From contig JAWBQF010000002.1 in assembly GCA_038845975.1 (NCBI GenBank), positions 93,652-157,651 of the forward strand: 64,000 bases of DNA. Reading direction: 5' to 3'. The stretch comes from Candidatus Methanomethylicia archaeon. GTDB taxonomy: Archaea; Thermoproteota; Methanomethylicia; CALHIW01. The notes beneath the pieces are model-generated. The model did not search any database. It was given only the letters and a program-made list of their open reading frames with translations, and had not been told where the DNA came from. Both the position numbers and the translations under genes were made by a program. How positions within the stretch are numbered: the stretch's first letter is position 1; every line of letters begins with the position of its first letter. Below are positions 9,748 through 21,039 of this stretch, in pieces.

Positions 9748-12177
9748 GTGGTAGTTTTTGGTGGTGTAGTAAGCTCTAAGCTTAAGGATCATAGGTGGAA
9801 TATTAATAGGGAGGAAGAGTTAATAAGCATATGGGATAAAGAAGAAATCTACAAGTTTGTTTTTGATCCATCCTCAAATAAGCCATTAATGGCTATTGAT
9901 ACACCACCCCCTTATACTTCGGGTAAATGGCATGTTGGAGCAGCAGCGCATTACGCTCAGATAGATATGATTGCTAGATTTTACCGTATGTATGGTTGGG
10001 GGGTTTTAGTACCATTCTATGCTGATCGTAACGGTTTACCTGTTGAAGTGCTTGTTGAAAAAACTTATGGTATAAATCCATTTGAAGCTGCTTCAACACC
10101 TGAAGGAAGATTGAAGTTTCTAGAGATGTGTAGAGTATTTCTAGATCGTGTTGAGGAGGAGCTTGTAAGAATATGGAGACGACTTGGATGTAGCTTTGAG
10201 TATTGGAGAAATGGTACTGATAGCCCAGAGTATAGGAGGATATCTCAAGCAACATTCATAGAACTATGGAGAAGAGGATTAATATATGAGGCTGAAAGAC
10301 CTGTAATATGGTGCCCACGATGTAGAACAACACTTGCAGAAGCTGAGATTGATAGAGTTGAGGAATACACGAAGCTATACTATTTAAAGTTTAGGGTTAT
10401 GGAAGATAGTAGGGAAATAGTTATTGCTACGACTAGACCTGAACTCCTTAATGCATGTGAGGCTGTAGTATATAATCCTGAGGATGAGAGATATGGAAAA
10501 CTATATGGACTACATGCAGTTATACCATTATACAGTAGAAGCGTACCTATACTTAAACATAGCTATGTTAAGCCAGATTTCGGTACAGGTCTTGTAATGG
10601 TGTGCAGCTATGGCGATGTAAGTGATGTAAGGATGTTTAGAGAGCTTGGACTTAAGCCACGTATCATAGTAAATCCTGATGGAACAATGAATGAAGAGGC
10701 TGGAGAATACTTAAAAGGGTTAAATATACGTGAAGCCAAATCCAGAATTGCTGAAATTCTAGATAGAGAGGGAGTTATAGTTAGGGTTGAGGAGATAAAG
10801 CATGAAGTACCTACATGCTGGCGTTGTAAAACCCCGATTGAATATATAAATATGAGGGAGTACTTCCTGAAACAACTTGAATTCCACGATGAACTACTAA
10901 GGCTAGCTAGAGAGCTTAAGTTTTACCCTGAGGAACATAAGTTAAAACTTATAGATTGGATTAATTCGTTAACAATGGATTGGCCAATATCTAAAACAAG
11001 ATTCTACGCTAACGAAATACCACTATGGAAATGTAGTAGATGTCTAGAAACATTAGCTCCTGAGCCTGGAATATATTATAGACCATGGATTGATAAGCCG
11101 CCATGGAATAAATGTCCTAAATGCGGTGCACCTCAAGAACTTTTAAGAGGAGAAGTAAAGGTTTTCGATACATGGTTCGACTCCTCAATATCACCACTCT
11201 ACATCTCAGGATATCTTAGAGACAAGGAGCTATTCAATAGAGTATTTGGAAACATTCTTAGACCACAGGGATACGATATTATTAGAACATGGTATTACTA
11301 CACTATACTTAGAGTATACTTACTAACTGGAAAACCTGCATTTAAATGGTCTAGAATAACAGGTATGGGTCTAGATGATAAAGGAAGGGCAATGCATAAA
11401 AGCCTAGGTAATGTTGTAGACCCGGAACCTATAGTTGCAAAGTATGGTGCTGATGCATTTAGATACTGGGCTGCAATATCAGCAAAGCTTGGAGGGGATT
11501 ATCGATGGTCTGAGAGACATGTTAAATCAGGAGCCTTATTCATTACGAAGATATGGAATATTGCAAGATTCATATCATCATTCCCAGAACCTAAAGAAGG
11601 ATTTAAGCTTAAACCAATAGATGAATCAATACTTACATTAGCATCAGAAGTAGGTATTAAAGTTATTGAATCATATAAAAATTTCGATGTTTATGAACCT
11701 ATAAATCAACTCTACAACTTTACATGGAATATCTTTGCAGACCACTACATTGAAGCTGTAAAACCTAGAGCATATAATACACTAAAAAAATATTCAGAGG
11801 AGGAATGTAGAGCTGCATGGTATACACTTCATACAGTACTTAAAGCCATACTGAAACTATTAGCTCCAATAATGCCCTTTGTAACAGACCATATATGGAG
11901 ACAAATATATGATTCAAGGGGAGTACATATACAGAAAATAGATGAAAAAGAGTTTACATATACTTCAAGCTATGGAAAACTATTTCCGAAATTTATGGAA
12001 TTAAACAGTAAAATCTGGAAGTATAAGAGGGAAAATAAAATTAGACTTTCAGAACCGTTAAATATTACAGTACACATACCTGAAGAACTTAAACCATTCA
12101 TAGATGACATAAGAGATCTACATAGGGTAAAAGAAGTAAAAATAGGCGTATCTGAATCAGACCAGCTACTACTATGA
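9748..12177 (+). CDS. valS: Valine--tRNA ligase (archaeal type)
   Basis: DTPPPYTSG.WHVG (HIGH), ATTRPE, GTGLVM, DWPISK, DTWFDS, AMHKS (KMSKS). Likely start is GTG at 9748, about 25 nt after TATA-like tttttata at 9718, rather than ATG at 9709. Confidence 0.93.
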   Translation: MVVFGGVVSSKLKDHRWNINREEELISIWDKEEIYKFVFDPSSNKPLMAIDTPPPYTSGKWHVGAAAHYAQIDMIARFYRMYGWGVLVPFYADRNGLPVEVLVEKTYGINPFEAASTPEGRLKFLEMCRVFLDRVEEELVRIWRRLGCSFEYWRNGTDSPEYRRISQATFIELWRRGLIYEAERPVIWCPRCRTTLAEAEIDRVEEYTKLYYLKFRVMEDSREIVIATTRPELLNACEAVVYNPEDERYGKLYGLHAVIPLYSRSVPILKHSYVKPDFGTGLVMVCSYGDVSDVRMFRELGLKPRIIVNPDGTMNEEAGEYLKGLNIREAKSRIAEILDREGVIVRVEEIKHEVPTCWRCKTPIEYINMREYFLKQLEFHDELLRLARELKFYPEEHKLKLIDWINSLTMDWPISKTRFYANEIPLWKCSRCLETLAPEPGIYYRPWIDKPPWNKCPKCGAPQELLRGEVKVFDTWFDSSISPLYISGYLRDKELFNRVFGNILRPQGYDIIRTWYYYTILRVYLLTGKPAFKWSRITGMGLDDKGRAMHKSLGNVVDPEPIVAKYGADAFRYWAAISAKLGGDYRWSERHVKSGALFITKIWNIARFISSFPEPKEGFKLKPIDESILTLASEVGIKVIESYKNFDVYEPINQLYNFTWNIFADHYIEAVKPRAYNTLKKYSEEECRAAWYTLHTVLKAILKLLAPIMPFVTDHIWRQIYDSRGVHIQKIDEKEFTYTSSYGKLFPKFMELNSKIWKYKRENKIRLSEPLNITVHIPEELKPFIDDIRDLHRVKEVKIGVSESDQLLL

Positions 12178-12261
12178 GATTCATAGATTCCACTATTTGC
12201 ATAGGAATTAGTACGTTAAAAAATTATCAAGCACTTTTAGAAATATATTTCTGCATCCACA

Positions 12262-13163
12262 GGTTTTGCTTAACTTGATATGTTACATAGACAAGATATG
12301 TTTAGTAGATCTAATAAATTTAGATTTGAATTCTGCCATAGAGATCATTGGTATGTGAGCTAAATCTTTATGAAGCATAATGTGAAATTCTAAATCTATT
12401 TTCTATCTTCTCCAATATTCTTTGAGAACACCATAAGCTTGCTCATCTTCTGAAACATAAATGTTATTTAATCAATTAGAGCTTTACGAACTAGGTCTTA
12501 TTTTGAGGTTTCCCTTCTACTTATGATGAAATTACAGTTAGGGTTACTAGGTTTATTAGAAGGATATCTCTTATTGTTATGATACGTATACATGTTTATT
12601 TAGGATGACCTAAGATATAGACTTATTTATTGTAGGATTTATACATCTATACATGGTTTATTTTAAGATATTAAGTTTGATAAAGAGGAGCTAGAATTGC
12701 TAGTTGATGATACCATTGTTAGTTAGGTTCCAGAAATAGGATTATTATGCTGTTTTCAAATCCCTTACTAGGAAGAATGTTTACATACATTTACAACGCT
12801 ACAAATACGTTTACATCTTCATCATCCCCTAAAAGAATTAGGACTATATATAGATCTAGGATAATTGTATTTAGCGATGCCTTACCATTAAAGCTATGTA
12901 GAATAATACTAGCTAGCAAGTATATAGTTTAGAAGTTAGAAACTTAATGAGGAGGATAATACGGTTAGAATAGGAATATGTTCTTCGATAATTATATGTA
13001 TGTAAAGGATAATGGTAAACACGTTATCTATGCTTATAAAATTAATAGTATACATACTAAACAAACATGAATTAATGAAAATGTAAACGCATAAAATATA
13101 ACTTTTCCAAAATTCATAAAAACAATCAAAAATAGAGGGGTGAACATGCTAAGCTCATAAAGC
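12262..13163 (+). mobile_element. Decayed IS6-family element (family A)
   Basis: Degenerate ends ggttttgcttaacttg ... ctaagctcataaagc; interior homologous to 20100-20632, 49990-50217 and 57180-57410. The left boundary is approximate. Confidence 0.65.
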
Positions 13164-13206
13164 TTATGGAAAAGTTTATATAATTGTATACATGAAGTAT
13201 ACATAG

Positions 13207-13434
13207 ATGTTTATGCCTGTTATTAGTGTGAGAGTTGATGAGAAAGTTAAACAAGTTTTAAAGGAGGCTAATATAGATATTAGTAGAGAGGTAAAGCTGT
13301 TTTTGGAGAATTTGGCTTGGAGGATTGAAGTTAAAAAAAGAATTGAGAGATTAAATAGTATATTAAGTGGAATTAAACCAGCTGAGGAAGGGTTCTCAAC
13401 GGCTTCAATAAGGGAGGACCGTGAGAATAATTGA
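13207..13434 (+). CDS. vapB: VapB-type antitoxin (RHH)
   Basis: VISVRVDEKVK N-terminal RHH strand; C-terminal SIREDRE; overlaps the PIN gene. Confidence 0.82.
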   Translation: MFMPVISVRVDEKVKQVLKEANIDISREVKLFLENLAWRIEVKKRIERLNSILSGIKPAEEGFSTASIREDRENN

Positions 13435-13816
13435 TGCATCCTCTCTAGCCAAGTATGTTAATCATGAGAAAGGTTGGAAAAACATAGAATCCTATTTAAT
13501 TGAGGGATGTGTTACATTAGATTTAGCTGTTAAGGAGGTTTTAAACTCCATCTGGAAAAGATACTTAAGAAGTGAGTTTAAGATTGAACAAGCACAGAAT
13601 ATTATGTTTGAATTCCTAAATAATATTCCTGTAAAAACAATAGCTCAAAACAAATATTTAGCTGACGCTATTAAGATTTCCTTAAAGTATAAAATTACAA
13701 TATATGACTCACTATATTTAGCTTTAGCTATAAGGGAAGGATTGGAGCTAATAACTTCTGATGAAAAACAATATAAAGTAGCTATAAGTGAAAATTTAAA
13801 AACAATCTTAGCTTAA
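13421..13816 (+). CDS. vapC: VapC PIN-domain toxin
   Basis: IIDASSL, EVLN, TIYDSLYLALA and LITSD PIN motifs. Confidence 0.9.
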   Translation: MRIIDASSLAKYVNHEKGWKNIESYLIEGCVTLDLAVKEVLNSIWKRYLRSEFKIEQAQNIMFEFLNNIPVKTIAQNKYLADAIKISLKYKITIYDSLYLALAIREGLELITSDEKQYKVAISENLKTILA

Positions 13817-13965
13817 TAATCTCATAGTACTTCAATTTTAAATCCTCTTAAAGTTAATAGAAAATTAAGCTTTACAATATGCTGACAGAAAGTTTAGAAC
13901 TTTAATTCTAGAATGTTAGACGTGACCACATATTCATAATTCTCATTATTATAATCTTCAACTAA

Positions 13966-14033
13966 GAACTTGTCTGAAAACTCTTAGGAGGGATTCTAAC
14001 CGGCTAAATTAAATAATGAGTTTAAATAAGCTC
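13966..14033. mobile_element. Short family C TIR element (68 bp)
   Basis: gaacttgtctgaaaactc ... gagtttaaataagctc. Confidence 0.5.
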
Positions 14034-14329
14034 TATAAAAGAAATTAATGACTTAGGAATAATTAAACATCACTTAAGATACTGGTTTAGAATATGTCTC
14101 TATACTAGATTTTGAGTTGGACGCTTATATGTGGCCTAAATATTTAAAGCCCAAATAAAGTTCAAAGCCAAGATAGAAGGTTTGGTAGTGTTTTACATAA
14201 GTTTTCCGTGATGTATCTCTCCGTACCAATTTGGTTATAATCTATATTATTATGATCTAATTTATATTCACCTTGCTTCTTATTAAATGATAACTCTTAT
14301 CAACATAGATTTAAAATTAGTTGACAGAA

Positions 14330-14745
14330 CTTCGTGAACTTAAGCATGTTTATCATCTCTATTTTGTTATTGCTTCCATGAATTCTAGCTTTACCTTCTT
14401 ATCAATCAATGTTTGTTAACTATACTATTGATTTTATAAGATGAGTACATGTCCACCATTACATTTATCCTTCATGTTATTGAATAGTCTATATATCTTA
14501 CTGTATAATTAACTATAACAATTCTAACCTTCTAAACTCAAATAGGAAGCCTAAGATAAATCATAACATCATAGATACATAACTTCACAATAATGAAGCT
14601 TAAAATATATGAAGCAATCCTAAATGAACAAATATATAAGAATAATTAAAGTAAATGGAGCTCTTTAATAAACCTAATAACTTTAGCCATATTACCCCAT
14701 AAATAAGGAAATGGAACTTCCAAATAAAGCTAAAGTTCACAGAGC
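14330..14745 (-). mobile_element. Internally deleted IS6-family relic (family A)
   Basis: Ends ttcgtgaacttaagcatg ... ctaaagttcacagagc; the interior is the reverse complement of the 3' part of the 20400-20632 relic. Confidence 0.7.
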
Positions 14746-14801
14746 AACTAGTAACATAGAGAATTTATATATTACGTTGGTTAAACTAATTAGGTGAAAT
14801 T

Positions 14802-15974
14802 ATGGGTATTTATCCATCTAGGAAGCTTATAATGCTACCTGGACCAACAAATGTTCCTGAACGAGTTCTGCATGCCATGGTTAAGCCGGTAATAAACCAT
14901 AGGGGACTTGAATTTAGAAAGCTATATAGAAGCATTGTTGAGAAGGCTAAGCTAGTATTTGAAACAAATGGTGATGTAGTTATACTTTCATCCTCTGGAA
15001 CAGGAGGTGTTGAGGCAAGCGTAGCTAACATTGTTAGGAAGGGAGATAATGTAGTAGTCCCTGTTTTTGGTGAGTTTAGTGGAAGACTTGCTGAACAGAT
15101 TGCTTTAGCTGGAGGGAATGTTATAAGAGTTAATGCACCATTAGGATCAGTTCCTACCCTAAGCGAAATTGAGGAGACAGTAGAGAAGACTAGAAATATT
15201 AAGGCTATATATGTTGTCTATAATGAAACATCTCCTGGAGCAACATATAGACAGCTTAAAGAGGTTTCAGATATAGCTAGTAAATATGGTGCGTTTATGG
15301 TAGTTGATGCCATATCCATTTTTGGAGGTGATGAGCTTTTACAGGATAAATGGAATATAGATATTGTTATTGCAGGTAGTCAGAAATGTTTAAGTATGCC
15401 TCCCGGCCTAGCTTTACTTGGAGTAAGCGATAAAGCAAGAAAATATATACAGTCAAATCCTCCTCCAACAGCTTACTTCAATATTGCAAGATATATAGAG
15501 TATGGAGAAAAGGGGGAAACTCCATACACACCCGCAATTCCTTTATTCTATGCCTTAGAGGAGGCTTTAGAAATAATTCTTGAAGAGGGATTACATAATA
15601 GAATAAGAAGACATAGAGTTACAGCTGAAGCATTCTATGAGGGATTAATATCGATTGGACTTAAACCCTTTGTAAAGCCAAATGCAAGATCAAATGTAGT
15701 TATTTCAATAGAGTATCCTAATGGAATAGATGATAAAAAATTTAGAGAAGAGTTAGATCAAAAATTCGGAGTTGTGATTGCTGGCGGCTTTGGAGAGCTT
15801 AAGGGTAAAATATTTAGAATTGGAAACATGGGTGAAGTATCAAGATACCATGTATTAACAACTCTTAACGCTATAGGAGCTACACTAAATCTGAATGGAT
15901 TCAACGTAGACATGGAGAAAATGATTTCAATAGCTGAAGATAAGCTTAAAACATTAGGTAGCCCAAAACATTAA
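14802..15974 (+). CDS. Class V PLP aminotransferase (alanine-glyoxylate/serine-pyruvate family)
   Basis: MLPGPT, HRG, SGTGG, YNETS, VDAIS, GSQKCLSMPPG (PLP Lys), TPYTP, FRIGNMG. Confidence 0.92.
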   Translation: MGIYPSRKLIMLPGPTNVPERVLHAMVKPVINHRGLEFRKLYRSIVEKAKLVFETNGDVVILSSSGTGGVEASVANIVRKGDNVVVPVFGEFSGRLAEQIALAGGNVIRVNAPLGSVPTLSEIEETVEKTRNIKAIYVVYNETSPGATYRQLKEVSDIASKYGAFMVVDAISIFGGDELLQDKWNIDIVIAGSQKCLSMPPGLALLGVSDKARKYIQSNPPPTAYFNIARYIEYGEKGETPYTPAIPLFYALEEALEIILEEGLHNRIRRHRVTAEAFYEGLISIGLKPFVKPNARSNVVISIEYPNGIDDKKFREELDQKFGVVIAGGFGELKGKIFRIGNMGEVSRYHVLTTLNAIGATLNLNGFNVDMEKMISIAEDKLKTLGSPKH

Positions 15975-16052
15975 TAGAATACCATACCAATACAGTGTTC
16001 TAATAGATAGCTCTACAAGATGAAAAGAGGAGGCTTTACATGAATATATTTC

Positions 16053-16682
16053 TCAGCTAGATTCTCCAGACATCCTGTAAACAACTTCAGAACAGAAGCT
16101 CCTAACAGGACATTCAATACACCTCCTTTTTTTACAGTATTCAATCCCTATCCTTACAAGTTGCGATTCAAAGCTTTTAACATCACTAAACCCTATTTTC
16201 TGAGCAGTTATAATAGCGATACTTGATGGTTTTGGATCTGCTTTAACCCAAATACCTCTCAACTCTCTTAGAAATATGTTTATAGCTACAGGACCTACAC
16301 CTTTAAGCTTCATTAATCTCCTCTCCAAATCCTCTGAATCCTTAGAGTGTTTATGAAGCTCTTCAAGATTCCCATAAATATTTTTTAATGTATTTAAAGC
16401 TTCAAGAATATTGGAGGCTGTTGAAAAATCATATCTTACATATCCCCCCTCATCAAGAACTTCAACAAGTCTATTCCATCCAGCATTAAGAATATTATCA
16501 GGACTGTCAAGCTTATACTCTATGAAGAGCTTAAACGTTCTCTTAGCTATATCTGATGAAATCCTCTTAGCAAATAATATAGAGGCAATAAACCATTTAA
16601 ACCTATCTTCAACCTTCCTTAAATCCAATCCAAGCTCTACCGAATAAGTTGGAATCCTAGATAAAACCTCTGGAATACTCAT
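16053..16682 (-). CDS. HhH-GPD/endonuclease III-like protein with a C-terminal Fe-S motif
   Basis: FKWFIASIL, GGYVRYD, LKGVGP (HhH), C-x4-C-x2-C-x5-C at the C-terminus. Confidence 0.75.
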   Translation of the reverse strand: MSIPEVLSRIPTYSVELGLDLRKVEDRFKWFIASILFAKRISSDIAKRTFKLFIEYKLDSPDNILNAGWNRLVEVLDEGGYVRYDFSTASNILEALNTLKNIYGNLEELHKHSKDSEDLERRLMKLKGVGPVAINIFLRELRGIWVKADPKPSSIAIITAQKIGFSDVKSFESQLVRIGIEYCKKRRCIECPVRSFCSEVVYRMSGESS

Positions 16683-16729
16683 AATTAATAGATTAATAGA
16701 TTCAAATAAACCTAATTTACAAATTAAAT

Positions 16730-16789
16730 ATTCTTGCGAACTTAAACCATCAACTACATTTATCGTCCATATCTAAAGTTCACAGAGCC
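16730..16789. mobile_element. ~60-bp MITE (M60)
   Basis: tcttgcgaacttaaaccatcaactac...atctaaagttcacagagcc; flanks aaattaaat / aaattaaac (8/9). Confidence 0.8.
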
Positions 16790-17041
16790 AAATTAAACCT
16801 ATCATATTTAACATAATGAATAATAACTAATTCATCATCATGGATCCATGGATTTTACTCCCCATCTCTTACAATTTCAAAAATTTCATCATTAACAAAG
16901 ATCTACATAATAAACATGTTTTATAGAGGAAAGCCAGTATTAGCTTGATAATGCCTAAATATCTATTTAGGAACTTTTGGTAAGCTGGCTTAATTGGAAA
17001 TATTTAGCATTAAATACAAGGTTAGAGTAGGATTTAGGTTA

Positions 17042-19189
17042 TTAGGTACTTCTACTCCTTCCTAGAAGGACTACTAGAAAAGCTATTATGATTATTAGTA
17101 TAAGTATGGTAGCTATTACTTCTAGAGTAGGGAATGTGGTGGTTGGTGATGTTACTAAAGGACTAGGAGTTGAGCTTACTGGTTGAGTTAATAGTTTAAC
17201 TTCTATTGGAGCTATGTAGGGTTTTAATCTTGAAGCTATGGGTATGCTTATTTCAGCTATTGGTTGCTCCTCCTCCACTTCTACTCCTAGACTTGGATCA
17301 TGCTCTAGCATTCCATCATTAAAGTATGGGTAGCATATATATAGCTTCAGAAATCCAGGTGCTTCAAGATAACTTGCATAAACGTTAGTAATATTATATG
17401 TACCATTAGGATATCGAACTATTGCTTCACCCATAAATTTAAAGAAGCCTTTAAGCATTCTATCCCTGGATATAAAGTTGAATTTTACCGGTAGTTTCCC
17501 TACTTTAATTTCTACTTCATTCTCAGCTTCAGCATTAATATCTATACTTAAGTTTAAATCCTTTAGTAAAATGGTATCTGAAGCAGATAAATCACTACCA
17601 TACTGACCATGCCATACATTCCTAATACGTGTCATATTAATCGATGCTAAATTAACCCATAATGCTAATGCACTAAATAGATTTATTGAAGTATTAACCC
17701 TCCTATCTACTGCTTGAGTAACCATATCTCTTATCGTTGGCGTAATCCATATCCAATTTTGAACTATAAGATCTATTTTAAGTTCAGCTTTTGAAACATT
17801 ATACTTTAAACCATTAATCCTCTCAACTACAGGGAATGTGTAGAGTCTACATCTAATCATTATGTTTCCTTCAGTAAACCCAAATCTTAATGGAGCTGAC
17901 TTAAGCATATATGTAAATGCTAAACCAGTAGCTTCACTACTTCTCGATGGAATATATTCTAAATCCATTAAGGACCATTCACACTCCTGAAAGCTTAGAA
18001 ATGGGGGATGTGTAAATTCCATTATTTGATTTACATTCTCAATAATTCCACTTATCCTACTGTTAATGTTCTTCCTCAATACTAATAGTCTAGATTTAAG
18101 CTCTACTAGATTACTAACTAGTAAAACTCTACATTTAAGATAGTTTTCAATACCTCCTTCTAAACATTCTTTAACCCTCTCTACTATGGATTTACATGAT
18201 GAATCTAAGGAATCCATGATTGGAGTAATAGTAGCTAGTAGATTACTGAGAATTAGTAGTTCCCTATCTAAATCTACTTTATTCATGAATGTTTCTACGT
18301 ATATATTAAACTTTTCAATAGATATGTTTAGATCATTAAATTTACTTATTAAACTATATAGTAGGATTAAACAATCGTTACGTGTAGAGTTCATTACGTT
18401 TCTACATGATGAACAATATTCATTCTCAATAAGATCATCAATATATTTACTTAAATCTATAGATTGATTCTTCAAATCATTTATTAAACTATTTAGCCTA
18501 TTAGTTCTCTCATCAACTTCCCTAATATATAAGGATATAGCCGTTAAATTTAAGCTAGCCATATCCGAAAGGATCAGTAATAATTTATCTAGGTTAAATA
18601 GTATCTCACTAATTGTTTTCTGTTTTACATATATGTATGGATCAAAACTACGATATTTTATCTTTAGAGATCTTATGGAGTCTCTAAGAGTAGTAAGTGA
18701 TTTATTATATAGTTCAACATCTTGAATAATATTGTCAATCTTAAACATTATAGCTACTACCTGATTTTTAAAATCCTCTATGCTAACTCCAACTTCCTCG
18801 TATTGATCTATAATGTTAATGATGTTATTAATACAAATACTTAAACCTATAAACTCATCAATAACTGGCTTAACTAACGTTACATTTATGTTTGTAGTAT
18901 TTGCTACATGTATTCTTCTAAACGGGCTTGGTGTAGAATTAACTACAAAATACTCCCATAAACCCACAAAATCAACCAAATACTTAGTATTGCTACTATC
19001 GTTACACCACCATATAAACATTGGACGTGAACCATTAGAAGTAAACATAACCGTTAAATCATTAGTCTTAACAATACGCCAACCATTACCCTCTACAACC
19101 TGAATACTAGATGCACTAACATTTAAATGCAATTGTAGAAGTAAAACAGCCAATATAGATACAATAATTACTCTACAATTTCTACTCAT
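17042..19189 (-). CDS. Secreted, C-terminally membrane-anchored surface protein with a long helical/coiled-coil insertion
   Basis: Signal peptide; beta-rich N- and C-parts (PMFIWW; ELKIDL...W.W; HDPSLG); ~290-aa heptad-rich middle; S/T/P linker; TM helix with basic tail. Confidence 0.8.
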   Translation of the reverse strand: MSRNCRVIIVSILAVLLLQLHLNVSASSIQVVEGNGWRIVKTNDLTVMFTSNGSRPMFIWWCNDSSNTKYLVDFVGLWEYFVVNSTPSPFRRIHVANTTNINVTLVKPVIDEFIGLSICINNIINIIDQYEEVGVSIEDFKNQVVAIMFKIDNIIQDVELYNKSLTTLRDSIRSLKIKYRSFDPYIYVKQKTISEILFNLDKLLLILSDMASLNLTAISLYIREVDERTNRLNSLINDLKNQSIDLSKYIDDLIENEYCSSCRNVMNSTRNDCLILLYSLISKFNDLNISIEKFNIYVETFMNKVDLDRELLILSNLLATITPIMDSLDSSCKSIVERVKECLEGGIENYLKCRVLLVSNLVELKSRLLVLRKNINSRISGIIENVNQIMEFTHPPFLSFQECEWSLMDLEYIPSRSSEATGLAFTYMLKSAPLRFGFTEGNIMIRCRLYTFPVVERINGLKYNVSKAELKIDLIVQNWIWITPTIRDMVTQAVDRRVNTSINLFSALALWVNLASINMTRIRNVWHGQYGSDLSASDTILLKDLNLSIDINAEAENEVEIKVGKLPVKFNFISRDRMLKGFFKFMGEAIVRYPNGTYNITNVYASYLEAPGFLKLYICYPYFNDGMLEHDPSLGVEVEEEQPIAEISIPIASRLKPYIAPIEVKLLTQPVSSTPSPLVTSPTTTFPTLEVIATILILIIIIAFLVVLLGRSRST

Positions 19190-19554
19190 ACAAGTTATCT
19201 CATTATAAACGGGGATAATTAAACATTTCCATATTGCATGCTTTTATTTCAGGAATATAAAATTTGCCTTACAACAAGTAAATGAAAAGGTTTAGTCTTT
19301 ACTTATGCTAAATTAGTATACATTGTTGAGCTAGTCCAGAAATGAAACCCGATAGTGCATAGAGCTTTTGATTTAAAATGAAACTGCTACAAGCATAAAT
19401 TATGCTAGTTAAACTATTACTTCTTAAAACTAAAAATTGTTAATATACTTTAAGCATACGTTGATAAGTTTCCCTAGCGCCATTTGTATTGTAAAGACCT
19501 GCTTATAACAACCAAAGCTAAAACATCAAAGCAGCCAGGCCACTAACACAGACT

Positions 19555-20010
19555 CATTCCAAACTGTCGACTATCTCCCCACCTATAGATGAAGCTAGCT
19601 TAATGGCAATTGTTACTTCGTTTCTACATGCATTATCATCCATATCCAGTTCGCCCTTAACGAGTAGCGTATATGCGTCTATGTAGCATATTCTAGACGG
19701 AATACCTTATGCCCCAAGTAAAAGTTAATGTCCTAGCCTTGTCTGGATTAAACTCTATGAAATCCTGCATAGGCCCAACTTCAAGCCCACCATATTAATA
19801 GCATCTTAACTCAAAGGATTCTATTCTGCTTCCATCATTTTCCACTATAACCTTTATGGTTACGGCTTCACTTCGAAATACATCTGTCAATTCTGGGACA
19901 TGACTTGTAATCACTATAGTGTGAGTCATTACCTTCATGTATGCAGTAGAGGTGAAGATATTGTTGGTTTCATCACTTTCATTTATTTCATATCCACTAT
20001 ATACAAAGGT
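19555..20010 (-). pseudogene. CARDB-domain cell-surface protein remnant
   Basis: Minus-strand translation: INESDETNN...VTIKVIVENDGSRIESFELRCY*...RTLTFTW, frameshift, VKGELDMDDN...SIGGEI. These are CARDB motifs with an in-frame stop near 19795. Confidence 0.7.
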
Positions 20011-20049
20011 CTTTATGTAATGGATGTATGCTCATTTGAAAGATGGTTA

Positions 20050-20632
20050 TGTGTTTTTCGTTCATGTAGGATGTCTTCAATATTCTAAGCTTCATTATTT
20101 TAGGTTATGCATCCATACTTTCACGGCTTAGATCTTTAGCTTATATTAATTATGATAAGAGAAATGTTAGGGTCGTTATGGTTTATGAATACTATTATTA
20201 ATATTAGTTCTAAAGTAGGATTGTTGTTTTGAGCCATTATTGAGGGATACTATATGTATGGATTTATGATGTTGTAAATACGTCTACATATTTAGTATTC
20301 ATTAGGGATTAGAGCTGTTTACAGCTCTAAATGGGTGTATTAACTATGGTGCTCAATATTATAGGGCTTCACGTAAGATATTGAATTTAAACATCAAGTA
20401 TATAGTTGAGGTAGGAATCTAATGGAGGGAATAATTCAGTATGTTAAGGATAAATAAGCTATTCGATAACTACATATTATGAAGGATAAATGTGATGGTG
20501 AACATGTACTCATCTTATAAAATCAATAGTATACATACAAATGAAACATGGATTGATGGGAAGATAAAAGCAGAAGGGTTCATAGAAAACACAATACAAT
20601 AGAGGTGATCAACATGCTTAGGTTCACAAGAC
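20050..20632 (+). mobile_element. Decayed IS6-family transposase (family A)
   Basis: Fragments GAQYY, RNLMEGIIQYVKD, FDNYI and KCDGEHV (IS6 DDE C-terminus); right end cttaggttcacaagac. The left end is uncertain. Confidence 0.75.
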
Positions 20633-21039
20633 ATCAAAGATCATCCGAAGCTTACATCATCCTAGCTAGTTTATGCCTTCATAAATTGGAGAATGGCAAT
20701 ATATGTTTAAGTTAAGTCCAGTTTATATCTGCTTTTAAGATATTCCCTCTTTAATATCTCTAATTCTTTTGAGAACTGATATCGTTTATTTATATTCATC
20801 ATTTAGTGTTTTACATAGCATCATTGAGCATAAACCCTAAAGAAACAACGTATGTGAGCATTGCTGTTAATAGACTTATTTAAGCTTATCTATTCTGATC
20901 GTGATACTGTCAAGTTAAGCCTTAAATTTTATAATTTTACTCACACTAACTTGATGGACCTCATAGCTGCTGTGTAAGATATGCTTAAAGAATATTTCTT
21001 TCAAAATAATGAGTGAAATTTAGGTTATTAAATATATTT

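Noticed and set aside
12747-12932. 61-aa ORF
   Set aside because: A residual frame within the decayed IS6 element, not an independent gene.
20903-20962. gatactgtcaagttaag ... taacttgatggacc, a possible mini-IS6 of the 63677 type
   Set aside because: The left end matches the TIR at 63677, but the right end is too degenerate and there is no second copy; left uncalled.
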